From Callorhinchus milii (lineage: Eukaryota): DNA of 64,000 nucleotides. Shown one piece after another: positions 1 to 11,012 of this stretch. Made by a program: the position numbers and the translations under genes. The stretch is taken from the NCBI RefSeq assembly GCF_018977255.1, contig NW_024704742.1, positions 36,520,001 to 36,584,000 on the forward strand, written 5' to 3'. Every line of letters begins with the position of its first letter. Within the stretch, counting starts at the first letter, position 1. The notes beneath the pieces were generated by a model, which saw nothing but the letters and a program-made list of their open reading frames with translations, had not been told where the DNA came from and searched no databases.

Positions 1-90
1 TCCATGTGTAGATGAAACTCTCAGTTTAGTTTGGATACTCTTAAGCATGGTTTCCGCATGTGTCAGACACTCATCCAACCCCCAAAAAAT
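1..90 (+). mobile_element. 3' end of an LF-SINE/UCON3-like element (A-tailed)
   Basis: ...CTCTTAAGCATG...GCATGTGTCAGACAC...AAAAAA matches the 3' ends of the copies at about 50080-50183 (+) and 27347-27440 (-). Confidence 0.7.
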
Positions 91-1956
91 CTGAACTCAG
101 ATGAATGTATTGTGCACTGTAAGTATGAACACTTTTCTTTTTAAAAATAAAATCCAGTTTTCAGATCTACTTCCCCAACCAAAGAAAATCAAAACTAAAA
201 ATATCGGAAAACAAATGCACTTTAAGTGTACCATTAAAAGCAATTAGATAGCCTGTGGCCTTGGTGGCACAATATTTATTGGTCATATTTTGTGGTCCCA
301 ATGGGAAGACATTTATGCTATGTTGAGGTTAAGTGTTTAGTTGCCATATTTCCCAGATTTCATTAACCTCACACTTCTGGAATGATATGACACCAGAGTA
401 GCTGGGACTAGAGATTTTTTTTAAAAAGCTGCATATGATTGTATAACATAATTAGATTGTTATGGAGATATGGCCTGCATAACACACAGGAAATTGATCA
501 GTTCAAATGGTCACAGTCCACAGCAAAGGAATGAGAATAGTCCAGATGTAGATAAGAGAAGAACAGGCATAGTATGTCTGTTCTCTTATCTACATAAAAA
601 TCAAATAGATCCAATGTTCTGATTTTAATCCACTGCCTAATTTAGCCTGAAATTTACAGACTCTTCACGTTTGCTTACTATGCCACAGAAAAGTAGAAAT
701 CGTTATTTTACGCTTACACTAAACTTACACCAAATGCAATGTGCACAGGAGGTATGAGGTTACACTGGAAGGGCTCCAGGAAACAGTTTTGCAGATTCAA
801 ATAGAGAAGCTTGTTGAGCAACCCATAAACAGACAAACCACGTGCAGCTATGTAGCAAAAATGAATGACAGGATCACGACATTTACCTCCAGAGGTAAAA
901 CTGAGTTCATACTGCTTAGATTCTCTGATGTGCAGCAAACATGCTGCAAAGCACATTGCCAGAATCAAAACAAATTAAAAACCTTTCTTAATTTTTTAAA
1001 AAGAAAACTACAAGAGATACACACAAAAAAAATCAGAATGAACTGTGTTCTACCATGCAACAGGGTGGACAGAGACCTGCCAAAGCTCACCCCATAAGAG
1101 TTAAATGCAAATTCAGGCCAGGATTTCAATCTGGTCTAAAACGTCAACATTACTGTTGCCTAATGGCAAAGGTTATGTGCGCCTTTCACGAACAACTGTC
1201 TGTTACACATCCAACAGAAAATGCATGACTATATTAATATATAGCAAAGTTAATGTGAATAACTACTGTAGTTCTGATCAAGAAAAATGACCCTGGTATC
1301 ACCAACCGATATCTACTGCTGTGTTAACATTCAAAAGCTGGCCACCTTAATCCGGATATTATATAAAGTAGTGCAACACCATGCAGAATACTGTTTCAAA
1401 ACAATGATACACATTTGATTTAACAGAAAATTAAATTGATGAGCCAATTTATTCATCAAGCTGTGAACTGTGAACAAAACAAGGGCCATCTTTCATTCAA
1501 TCACCCAATGCCTATTTCAATAAAGACTGCTGACATTGTTGTAACAAAAACATGCATAGCAGTTTTGGTCTTTTATGTAGTTTGCTTGCTGAAAAGTTCT
1601 TGTGCACAAAGCTGAATGCAGATTAGTAAACTGATTTAAAATACTAGAAATATTTGCGCGACATTTTAGTAATTGATGGAATATATCAAAAGAATTGGTT
1701 GTCGTGCACAGAATTTAATAATGTACAACCATTTCTCTGCACTGATAATTAATTCCTACATTAAACACGAAGGAATTACAGTAAAGGTCTGAAAAGGTTA
1801 CTATTTTTCTTGCGTAAAGTTCAAACAGATTCATCCTGAACTATTTGAACACACACTTTTGATACATTTCACAATATTGATAAATACTTGAACCCAACAC
1901 CTGTATTGAAGAGACTGCACGAATAAAGTTAACAATTTGATCTTTTGACTCATCTT

Positions 1957-2290
1957 AATAATCCTTGCATTAGCATTTGGAAAGAGCCCTCGTCAAGTTG
2001 TCGAAATGTCTCAAAGTGCTTCACAGGATTTTATTGTAAAGTGTTAGAGATTGTGTAGGGCCTACACTGTAGGTGATCACAGTAGCCAACTTGTGCACAG
2101 CAATGTGCCACAAACCATGGAATGAGTGACCAGTATTATCTGGGGAACTGTTGGGCAGGACACCCTTCTCTTTTCAAGTAATATATGGGATGCTTAACTT
2201 CCACCTCAAACAATGCAGCATCTTCGCCAAGGACTGACTGGAGAGTCAGCCTTGACTGAGTTCAAAGTCTTGACATGAGGCTTGAACACA
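1957..2290 (-). mobile_element. Decayed Deu-domain SINE (SacSINE1-like)
   Basis: L2-type tail (ATAATCCTTGCATT on +), GTGCACAGCAA block and Deu-like core shared with the copies at 9.7, 15.3 and 54.3 kb. Confidence 0.6.
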
Positions 2291-2647
2291 AGAATAAAGA
2301 CTATGGGGGGAAAAGGCAGGAGAATGCGACTAAACTAGCTATGAGAACCAGCACGGTGGGCTAAATGGCTTCCTCTGTGCACTAAACATATACAGTTCTT
2401 TCTGTGCAAGCGTGGATAGTGAGTGTTAGCAGGCTATTTGACCTTGGTAGAATCACAGGCATGTGTCATTAAATGCACAAAGGAACAGAAGAAGCCAATT
2501 CAATCTGACACTGTCTTCAAGCTGATCCTGAACCCAGTTCTGTCCTCATCTTGGGCCTGTCCGCCAGACACTGCAGTTTTCAGCAGGAGTCACCAGCTTG
2601 TGACGGGGAGCAGCAATTGGTGAATTTCTTTTTTCTAACAGGTGCTA

Positions 2648-2832
2648 ACAACAACAACAACAACAAGATTCCATTTATAGAGCGCCTTTCACGTCAGGAG
2701 GACGTCCCAAGGCGCTGTACAGTTGGGTCAGGACCCGAGCAGGGGGGAAATGGTCAGGGTGAGGGGAGGGAAAGGAGGGAGCGAGGAGGGGGTAGAGAGT
2801 CGAGAGGGGAGCTGAAGGCACGGTCAAAGAGA
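2648..2832 (-). mobile_element. Young L2 LINE 3' fragment
   Basis: (CAA)n tail and GCGCCTTTCACGTC...GACGTCCCAAGGCGC stem-loop; near-identical to 43431-43615 and to 50620-50800 (opposite strand). Confidence 0.9.
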
Positions 2833-3924
2833 AACCATACATGGAGAGCACCCTCTACTGCTGCTTGCTCAGCTGATGGAGGACGAGTAAGGAATCAAAC
2901 CTGTAGACCCTACAGTCTGTGATGAGAAATCTTTAACTAGACTTACCTGAACAATAAAAAAAAAACACTTTACTGGACTCCTGTACTGTTGTAGACTTTT
3001 TAATAATATAATCCTTGATTTGATATAGCGCCTTATCACGCCTTTGAGGCGTCTCCAAGCACTTCAGAGGATATACTGTAAAGTGTAGTGACTGTGTGTT
3101 TTGTGGGTGATTTTTTTATTTCAAAAAACTAGAATTCCATGGTTTACTTGACATTTGTTTCCTGTTTATTACCATAGTTTTTCAAACCGAGATTAAGCTT
3201 TCTCACATGCTCCATTTTGTTTCCTGAGTAGATTCAAATTTTATAAAACCAGTTCCTTCCTCTTATTCACAGGAAAAGTCTGGCCATGTGTACGAGACCT
3301 AGTAAAGCCAAGTGTTCTAGCAGTGGAAGAATCAGCATCTTTTAGCTTCCTGCTGCATGTTGAAGTGGTGACAGCGGGAACAGAATGAAGTCAGATTTGT
3401 GCCTTTATTTTAAATGAGCAGTCAGCAATTGTATTTCAGTGTCAGCCTGGCTCAGCTGGTAGCACCCTTGCCTCTGAGTCAGAAGGTTGTGAGTTTTTGT
3501 GCAGATGGGACACAAGTTACTGTGCCACTTCACACAATGAAGTCAAACATTTCATACATGAATGCACGTCACCAAACTGCATGTACTGCTCTCATACGCC
3601 CCCTCGAAATGCAAAGTCAAAGTCCACTGGAACAAAATTGATGGGAATAGGAAAAGCAGCAACTGACTAACAGCACCTACTTTTGGGCACTGAAGGAGCC
3701 AGTGTTCCAGCAGCATTTGTTGCTTGAAGCAACATAAATTGTTTGTTTTGGGAGTCTGTTCCACATATTAATCCCAATATCTACATTTGATTTAGCACCT
3801 TTATGTCGGGAGGACATCTCAAAGTCCTTCACAGGATATAATGTAAATGGCTGTGGACTACCCAAGTCCTGACTGACTTCCTGACTGACTGACTAACCAC
3901 CTTCACTTTATCTCTTCAAATCTC

Positions 3925-4425
3925 CAGCTCCCGCCTGGTCATTTGTAGTGTACCCAGGGGTCAATCCTTGGCCCCCTCCTCTTCCTCATCTATATGCTTG
4001 GCGATGGATTGGCAAAAATGGGGTAAACTTCCACACATATGCGGATGACACACAAATCTACTTCTCCTCCTCCAGCTGTAACTCCAGGTCCACCGATATT
4101 CGGTCGGCTTCTGAGCCGGACATCAGGGTCTGGATGAGCAAAAACTCGACTGGCTCCGGCCTTCTGCTTGTCCTTCGTACCCTCCATTCCACCATCAGCG
4201 GCCGCACTTTCAACCAATAATCCCCCAAACTTTGGAACATTCTTCCTCTATCCCTCCATCTTGCCCCTTCCTTCCCCATCTTCTGGACACGCCTGAAGAC
4301 TTGTCCTCTTCAACCGTGCCTTCGGTCACCTCCCGCTCCCCCCGGCTCAGTGTCGTGCTCCACCCTGTCAAGAGTTCTGGGACGCTACCCTGCCTGAGGG
4401 GCGGCTATATAAATGCAAGTTGTTG
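3925..4425 (+). mobile_element. L2 LINE fragment, internally deleted
   Basis: Encodes GVNFHTYADDTQIY (RT YADD motif) joined to the L2 3' region and a ...ATATAAATGCAAGTTGTTG tail. Confidence 0.9.
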
Positions 4426-4750
4426 TCATGTATTTTGTAGGCAAATGCAGCAGCCGATTTGAAACCAACAATCTCCATGTCCCACAACATATGGATGTCT
4501 CAAAGCAAGGATTTACTGTGAAGTGAAGAACATTCTAATTACAGGTGGGGAGAGGTAGAGTGAAAAAGAAAATCAATAAGAAAGTAATAATGGGGTAAAA
4601 AATGCATTATTCGCAAATAATTGATACACAATTATCTCAGTTATAGAACAGCTATGAGTGCTGTGATGAAAGATTTGTGTGCATGTTTTGGCAATCTAAT
4701 TTAATGATGTACACCCAGTTAACCTATTTTAAAACCCCCAATAAAATAGA

Positions 4751-4887
4751 TGTTCTGACCTTCAAGTCCTTCTCACTGTGCAGCCTAAAGAAGTTTCTCT
4801 TCTGTTTTTAGAACATTTCTTGCTTGGTTAAAACCCCCAATAAAATAGATAGCTAAGCTAGTTTGCATATTCAGGAATGTATGAGTA
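4751..4887. repeat. 137-bp direct repeat, copy 1
   Basis: TGTTCTGACC...GTATGAGTA aligns ungapped to 5494-5630 with 4 mismatches by eye. Confidence 0.95.
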
Positions 4888-5493
4888 CCTGCCATCTTAG
4901 TGCTGACAATTGACTGTATAGCATGATGTTTCAATTCATGGAAGAATCAAACCATGTTAGAGGTATACTCACATAAGTTGTATCAGGTAGGACTGTAACA
5001 TTTAATGTGACCTACATGAAGTCCGAGTTCCATGCAAACTATATAAATCGTATAAAATCCGGTTTAATCGATATCTACACTGTATAAGAGTAATTCAACG
5101 CAGCCGGTAAGTGTGCATGGGTGACAGATCCAAACTACGTTTCCCGTGATTCAATGCGTATTGACCCCCCGCAGCATGCAAACTTACCAGTAAGTATTGG
5201 AATCACATTAAATCGTGGGAAATTAAATTCTTAATTGCGTGTACCAACGGATCAAGACAATGTTTGTCGCGATTCAATGCAGCTGGTAAGTGTGGGAGTA
5301 ATGGAGCAAAGGGGAGCAGGGTTACAAGTTAGGAGGTGATTAATACGACTAGTGCAAAGAAATCTATATGGTTTTGATAGGAAACTGAATGGAACTTGGG
5401 TGAATGTATGACTTAGGTGATTAAATATCATATAGAAGACTTAATCGAGTTTTACTGAATGTATATATTCACATGGTCTATATGACCCACAAG
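4888..5493. other. Unclassified modular/palindromic interspersed element between the direct repeats
   Basis: Contains internal direct and inverted motifs; its 3' part is homologous to 28765-28900, with a 24-nt identical core TGGTTTTGATAGGAAACTGAATGG. Confidence 0.55.
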
Positions 5494-5630
5494 TGTTCTG
5501 ACCTTCAAGTCCTTTTCTCTGTGCAGCCTAAAGAAGTTTCTCTTCTGTTTTTAGAACATTTCTTGCTTGGTTAAAACCCCCCAAAAAATAGATAGCTAAG
5601 CTAGTTTGCATATTCAGGAATGTATGAGTA
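5494..5630. repeat. 137-bp direct repeat, copy 2
   Basis: Matches copy 1 at 4751-4887. Confidence 0.95.
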
Positions 5631-5687
5631 AGGACTTCCTGACCTATTGTTACATGAATTCTATTGTAATTTTCTGTTCAGTACTTT

Positions 5688-5721
5688 GAACAGCCCTGTG
5701 ACAGGAACAGCCCTGTGACAG
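5688..5721. repeat. 17-bp tandem duplication (GAACAGCCCTGTGACAG)x2
   Basis: Read directly from the sequence. Confidence 0.95.
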
Positions 5722-5867
5722 AGACTGTCTGCCACATTAATAAATACACTCGTGTGAGAAAACAGGTTGAACAGCTTTTGAAATACCTTTGGGGAAATCG
5801 ACATCCTGCACAAACCCTACCTTATTTATAATGAACTAAACCTTAGAGCCTCACAACCTTCACTACT

Positions 5868-6262
5868 ACAACAACAAAAAATTACATTTGTACAGTGCCT
5901 TTCACGTCGGGAGGACATCTCAAGGGGCTGGACAATCAGTGTTTCGGACCCGAGTTGGGGGTCAGGATCGGGGAGGGCAGAGGAGGAGGAGGGTGACCAA
6001 AGGCGCAGTCGAAGAGGAGGGTCTTGCGACGGGTCTTGAAGGAGGCAAGGAAGGGGGCGAGGTGGAGGTACTGTGGGATGGATTTCCAGAGGGTCGGGGC
6101 AGAATGGCTAAAGGCCCGCCCCCCAATGGTGGGGGAGGCAAAACAGGGGACGTGAGGCAGCTTGGAACCCGCTGAACGGAGGGAGCGAGCAGGTTGGTAA
6201 GGGGGTTGGGAGGTCTCAGAGGTAGTGGGGAACAAGGCAATGGAGGTCTTTGAAAGTGACAA
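5868..6262 (-). mobile_element. L2 LINE 3' fragment
   Basis: Minus-strand ORF ...GGRAFSHSAPTLWKSIP...FKTRRKTLLF (L2 ORF2 C-terminus) followed by the tail stem-loop. Confidence 0.92.
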
Positions 6263-6599
6263 TCAAACAATCAGATGATATTTTCCCTCATATTCAATAT
6301 TCGATATCAAAGAGTTAGCTTATTATGCACATTTTATCCAGTAATATTTTACATATTAATAATCCTTGCATTTGATAAAGCCCTTTACACGTCTTCTCTG
6401 CATGGAAATTGTATTCATTCTCAAGTTGGATAGTATAAGGTGTACTATTTGTCCACTTACCCTCCTGCCACGTCCCCCAAATCCACACACACACACACAC
6501 TCACAGCATTGTATTCAGTAATCACCATGTAACATGCAGCTTGTTTCACAAATACACAAAAAAATAAGGTTTTCAGCAATACAGTAGTAATTGACTGAC

Positions 6600-6930
6600 A
6601 TTGTGATCTATTTTAGCAGTATTTCAGAAGAGCTCAATTTCTGTTTTAATATCTGTTCTCGCACAGCCAATTTGAACCACCCCAACAGATATGCTGACAG
6701 CCACAAATGCTTCCAAACAACAGAGGAATTGGGCATAAGATTAATCCTTCAAGTTCTTGACAGCATTTTGATATTTGGTCATTTGGGAATTGAGGCGTGC
6801 AGAAACCTCTTGCACTGCTTTAAAGTCCCTATTTCCTGCTTTTGTGAGTTCTCAACAACAGCAATTCTATTTGCTTGTTCTAAAGTGAGCAATCACCCCA
6901 AAGTGCATTTTGGGGATACTGCTGGAATTA
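6600..6930 (-). mobile_element. Possible internally deleted Tc1/Mariner-type transposase fossil
   Basis: Frameshifted pieces LTLEQ..RIAVVE / DFKAVQE / QFPND and CLEA..QH resemble the N- and C-termini of DUF4817-type Mariner transposases; several frameshifts are required. Confidence 0.35.
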
Positions 6931-8554
6931 AACCTAAAATGTAACAGAGTGTATGCTTATTTGGCAGAAGATCTATTAAAATGGGTCTGGGTTCATGTGT
7001 CTTCTACGCATTTCTGTTTTTGTTCTCTAGAATTGGAAACACAGCCAGATTGTTTGGTGGTCCCCTCTTACAATATGCATCCTGCTGAACCAAACACTGA
7101 GCACACTCCCCCAAAACCAGCAATGCATAACAACCAGCATCAATGTGCCAGATTAAAGTCACTGTCCACGGGCAGTTTTCCAATATAACTGAATTAGATT
7201 ACAGTGAGCCCAGACACCATTGCAAGCCTGGATTAGAAAGAGCAGCAATTTCCAGGTATTGTTGGGAACCAATGATAAAGTTATCAGAATGGGGGGGGCG
7301 GGGAAAGTGACGGATTTACAAGGAAGCAGAGCCTGTTGGACAAACACTTAAAACAGGAGGAACAGGCAGGGTAAAGAGCAATCTATACATCCTGAATAAC
7401 AGTGTAATACGACTAACATATAATTTACACTGATTGAGTATTTAAATTGGTGTGTTATGAATGAGTTTGTGAAACTTGGTGCATATTAAATGGTGACCAC
7501 TGGATACAATGATTCTTCTTGAACACAGAGATGTGTTTGTCACAAGCATTCAGCCAAACACTGGGATTGCTATTCATTCACCAGAGCAGAATTGTGTTTT
7601 TATTGTTGATGTCCTCTTGGTGGGGAATCAGAACAGCCGATGGCTGCTGAATGTGAGGGAACTGCAATATACAAGGGTATAGGAACAGATTGGCCATTAT
7701 TGTATTAGGATTTACAAGCTCACGATATCAGTCACATGAATCAAACCATTCCATATTTTCTTTTGACCTCTGAGATGGGAGTATTTCAGTGTATGGTGTG
7801 CATTGAAAACAAGCATTTTACATGTTATGCGCTCTGAGACACTACCCTGCATGGAGTGCAAGTTATTGTTGTTGTTGTTGTACATAACAATTTTACCAAC
7901 AATAATTTTCTCTTTGAATCTTTGAAAACACAATTTGAGTTTTGATTCTGAGATTGGAATCGTGCTTTCCAAAATAAAATTTCACAAGCAAAAATGTGCC
8001 AAATACATAGAATAAAACTCGTCGAAAAGTCTCAAAGCATTTCAGTTTTGTTTCTGTAAAATGTAGTGACTGTGCATTTATAGCATAGCATAACAACCAA
8101 TCTGCACACAGCAATGTCCACAAAATAGAGTTGCACACTTGTCAGTGTCTGCTTTGAATATAGTACATTCTCAGAAGGTCATCCCTGTCAGCATTGATAA
8201 ACACCCCTTCCAGTAACATTAACCAAAGCTGCACTGCCTGCAAAGAATAAGCAATTACAGATTCGGCAGAACACTAACCTCCAAGATACTGGGCTCTCCA
8301 CCCTAAGCTTCTCAGATGAATAACTGATAAGTTCGCAAGCAGGTTTATTAAAGTGGCATCATTGTCTAAGTGGTAGCAAGGCAAGACCGAAGGAACATTT
8401 GTGGCTCTGAAACAACAACTACCAATACTAAACATCCTTCTTCAATCACTGTTCAGCTCTCCTTTCAATTCTGTCCCAGGTCATAAGAAGTGAAGTGAAG
8501 GTTATCATCTCCTTATCCCCAAATCAATGCTGTACGAGTTAATGGCTAACTCAC

Positions 8555-8734
8555 CTTGTTGAAAACTGGCAACATCATGTAGAGCTTTTCCTCCTGTTCC
8601 TTCTGTGTCATGTGCCGTGGTGAGTGGCACAGCTCCATGAAGAGGCGACGTAAATGCATGAGGCCTAGTGCATTATCCTGAGGACTGCACTCCTCCTGCC
8701 GTGGACGGCCCATGATTCTCTTCACCATGTTCAT
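8555..8734 (-). CDS. WDFY3: First coding exon of WD repeat and FYVE domain-containing protein 3 (ALFY), residues 1-60
   Basis: Translates to MNMVKRIMGRPRQEECSPQDNALGLMHLRRLFMELCHSPRHMTQKEQEEKLYMMLPVFNK, matching the recalled human WDFY3 N-terminus at about 57/60. ATG at 8734-8732 with A at -3; phase-0 donor AAG|GTGAGT at 8555/8554. The next exon (VFGNAPP...) was not found in 1-8554. Confidence 0.97.
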
Positions 8735-8765
8735 TTTTCCCAGCTTCCTGAACACACGGCTAGGC
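8735..8765 (-). other. WDFY3: 5' UTR portion (31 nt) of the WDFY3 start-codon exon
   Basis: Acceptor TGTCTCGTTTGGCAG| on the minus strand lies 31 nt upstream of the ATG, implying upstream non-coding exon(s). Confidence 0.75.
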
Positions 8766-9659
8766 CTGCCAAACGAGACAGTCATACAATTAATACCTGT
8801 ATTGAGGTTGGACATAATAACACCAGTGCTGCATAGGTGGATTGTTTACACAGCGAACCCTGTTTTACCTTTCATATTCTCCAGAGTGTTGAATTACTTC
8901 AGCTGAGATCAAACAAGCTCTGTATCAACGTCATTCTACAAATTTCTAATTGTTAAAAAGTAGAAGAAATTAATTTATTCCACCTCTGCCACACTTACTC
9001 TATATTCAAGTTTTTTTAGTCCAGCAGTCTTCAGGGATCAAAATAAACACAATACATACAAAAGATCATTAAGGTCTTAGTATTGAATTCCAATGACGGT
9101 AGGCAGGTCTATTTTAGAAACAATTTTGATTGATGGACATATGGTCCAGTGCTGGATTCAAACAACATTAACTTGCAGGCTTTCCACCAAACGATAAAGT
9201 GAATAGGACTCAAAGATGAAGGGCTAAACACAGGATTAAACAGTTAAATAGGACCGAAAAAATGTGCAAACTAGTATTTTATTCAGTAAGATTCCCTCTC
9301 TACTGCATACTGTATACCCGTACCTATGTAATAATTTTTTTTCACTTTTAAAAAATATTCGAATTTGACGTACATTGCAGTTTGCATGTGTCCGGTTATG
9401 AAGGACCAACTAACAACCAAATTCAACAGAATAAGATGCAACATATCAGATGCAGCAAGAATTGTGAATTTGAGTTTCTACTTCCAAACAATGTAAACTG
9501 CTAACCAGATCGCCTGCCTGTTTAAAGGAAGGAAAGGAATCACCAGTAAATATGTGATGTACTGATCAGGGAACCCGAGACAATAGGACATTCAATGGAA
9601 TCAACAGACAAGTCTTTACAAAATGATAGCAGATAAAGAACGAAGAGACAATAATACAA

Positions 9660-10031
9660 CCTCTAATAGATACATGACTCAACGCGCTTCACGGAGAATT
9701 ACTGTCAAGTTTAATGACTATACATTTGTAGCTGAACATTGTAGCCAATTTCCACACAGCAAGTCCCACAAATAGCTATGAAGTGAAGGAGCAATTTAGC
9801 TGGACGATCAGTGACCAGGACACCATGAAAAACTATCTGCTATTTTTGAAGAGCGCTTATGAGATCTTTAACAGGCACATGGGATCTCAGTTTAATATCC
9901 TATACAAACAATGAAGCGCACCCCCAGTACTGCACCAGACTGTCAGCTGAAACTGAGCTCAAAGTCATGATACGGGTTTTGAATCAGCAACTTTCTGTCC
10001 CAGAGGCGAGAGTTCTGTCAAATGAGCCACT
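9660..10031 (-). mobile_element. Deu-domain SINE (SacSINE1-like), near full length, decayed
   Basis: Minus strand begins GTGGCTCATTTGACAGAACTCTCGCCTCTG (tRNA head), then CTGACAGTCTGGTGCAGTACTG, ATTAAACTGAG..., AAAGATCTCAT, and an L2-type tail. Confidence 0.75.
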
Positions 10032-10727
10032 ATTAACACTGTCAGCTCTTTTTACGTTTTCTTAATCCAGTGCTTCAATCACAAGAACAACCATGTCGTA
10101 TTCATAATTACAACTTTAACAAAATATTGACAAATTACAAGTGTATGCATAACATTGTCCCCAGTAGGCAGAAATGCAATTGAGTATGCAGATAGATATA
10201 TTTGAACACCAAGTATTGAAGGTGTCAAACAAATAATTCATAAAGAAATCCAGTTCACTTATGAAATATTGATGATCCTTTTTAAATCAAGTCTGCGAAA
10301 TCGCTTGGAGGTGATTTTCTCCCCCTCCCCCCAAAACATTTACCAGCACATTATGCTTTGTTATTTGAAACTTTTAAGGAAAGGCCTTTCAAAATGTGTA
10401 GGTTCCACAAAACACCAGCCAGTAACAAAATACAGTACAGCATAGCAAACTGAACATACAGCAAAAGTAATAGATTGTAATTTTTAAACGTCAGTAATTG
10501 GCCAGAGCACTCGGTCTCAAATAATGTAGGTTAGGGTTGGTATTTTTTTAAAAAAAACAAATATTTTGAAGTCCAACATTGAATTAATCTGAACAGAGCA
10601 AAAAAATAATCCTTGCCTTTGATATAGCACCATATCACACTGTAAGGACGTCTCAATGAGCATCATAGGATTTATGGTAAAGTGTAATGACTGTGCATTT
10701 TATAAGCCAAAGTAAAATCCCAGATCT

Positions 10728-11012
10728 TATAATAATAACCCTGTCCTTGCATTTGATATAGGGCTGTTCACGTCTTCGGGATGGCTCAAAGCCCTTCACA
10801 GAATATACTGTAAAGTGAACTGACCATACTTTTGTGGGCAAAACTCGGCAACCAATTGCGCACAGCAGTGTCCCACAAACAGTCATGAATTGAGTGACCA
10901 AATTAGTATTGTGGAGTAAGGAAACTTGCCCAAGGTTTCGCCCTGCCGGGAATCAAACCCAGGTCTCTCCATTACAAGGCGAGTGCTCTAACCACTGAGC
11001 TACAGAACTCCA
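10728..11012 (-). mobile_element. tRNA-derived SINE, short-body form with older tail
   Basis: Head TGTAGCTCAGTGGTTAGAGCACTCGC, B box, and ATCAAATGCAAGG tail. Confidence 0.9.

Noticed and set aside
741..1097. 118-aa ORF and other non-TE ORFs (e.g. 11633-11980, 26069-26533)
   Set aside because: No recognisable domains or exon signals; consistent with chance ORFs.
5341..5351. TAATACGACT resembling a T7 promoter (also at about 7425)
   Set aside because: Only 10 nt match and the context is a genomic repeat; no vector sequence.
8735..8815. N-terminal extension MSNLNTG...KLGK in the ORF track
   Set aside because: It runs through the splice acceptor at 8765/8766 into the intron; homology starts at MNMVKR.
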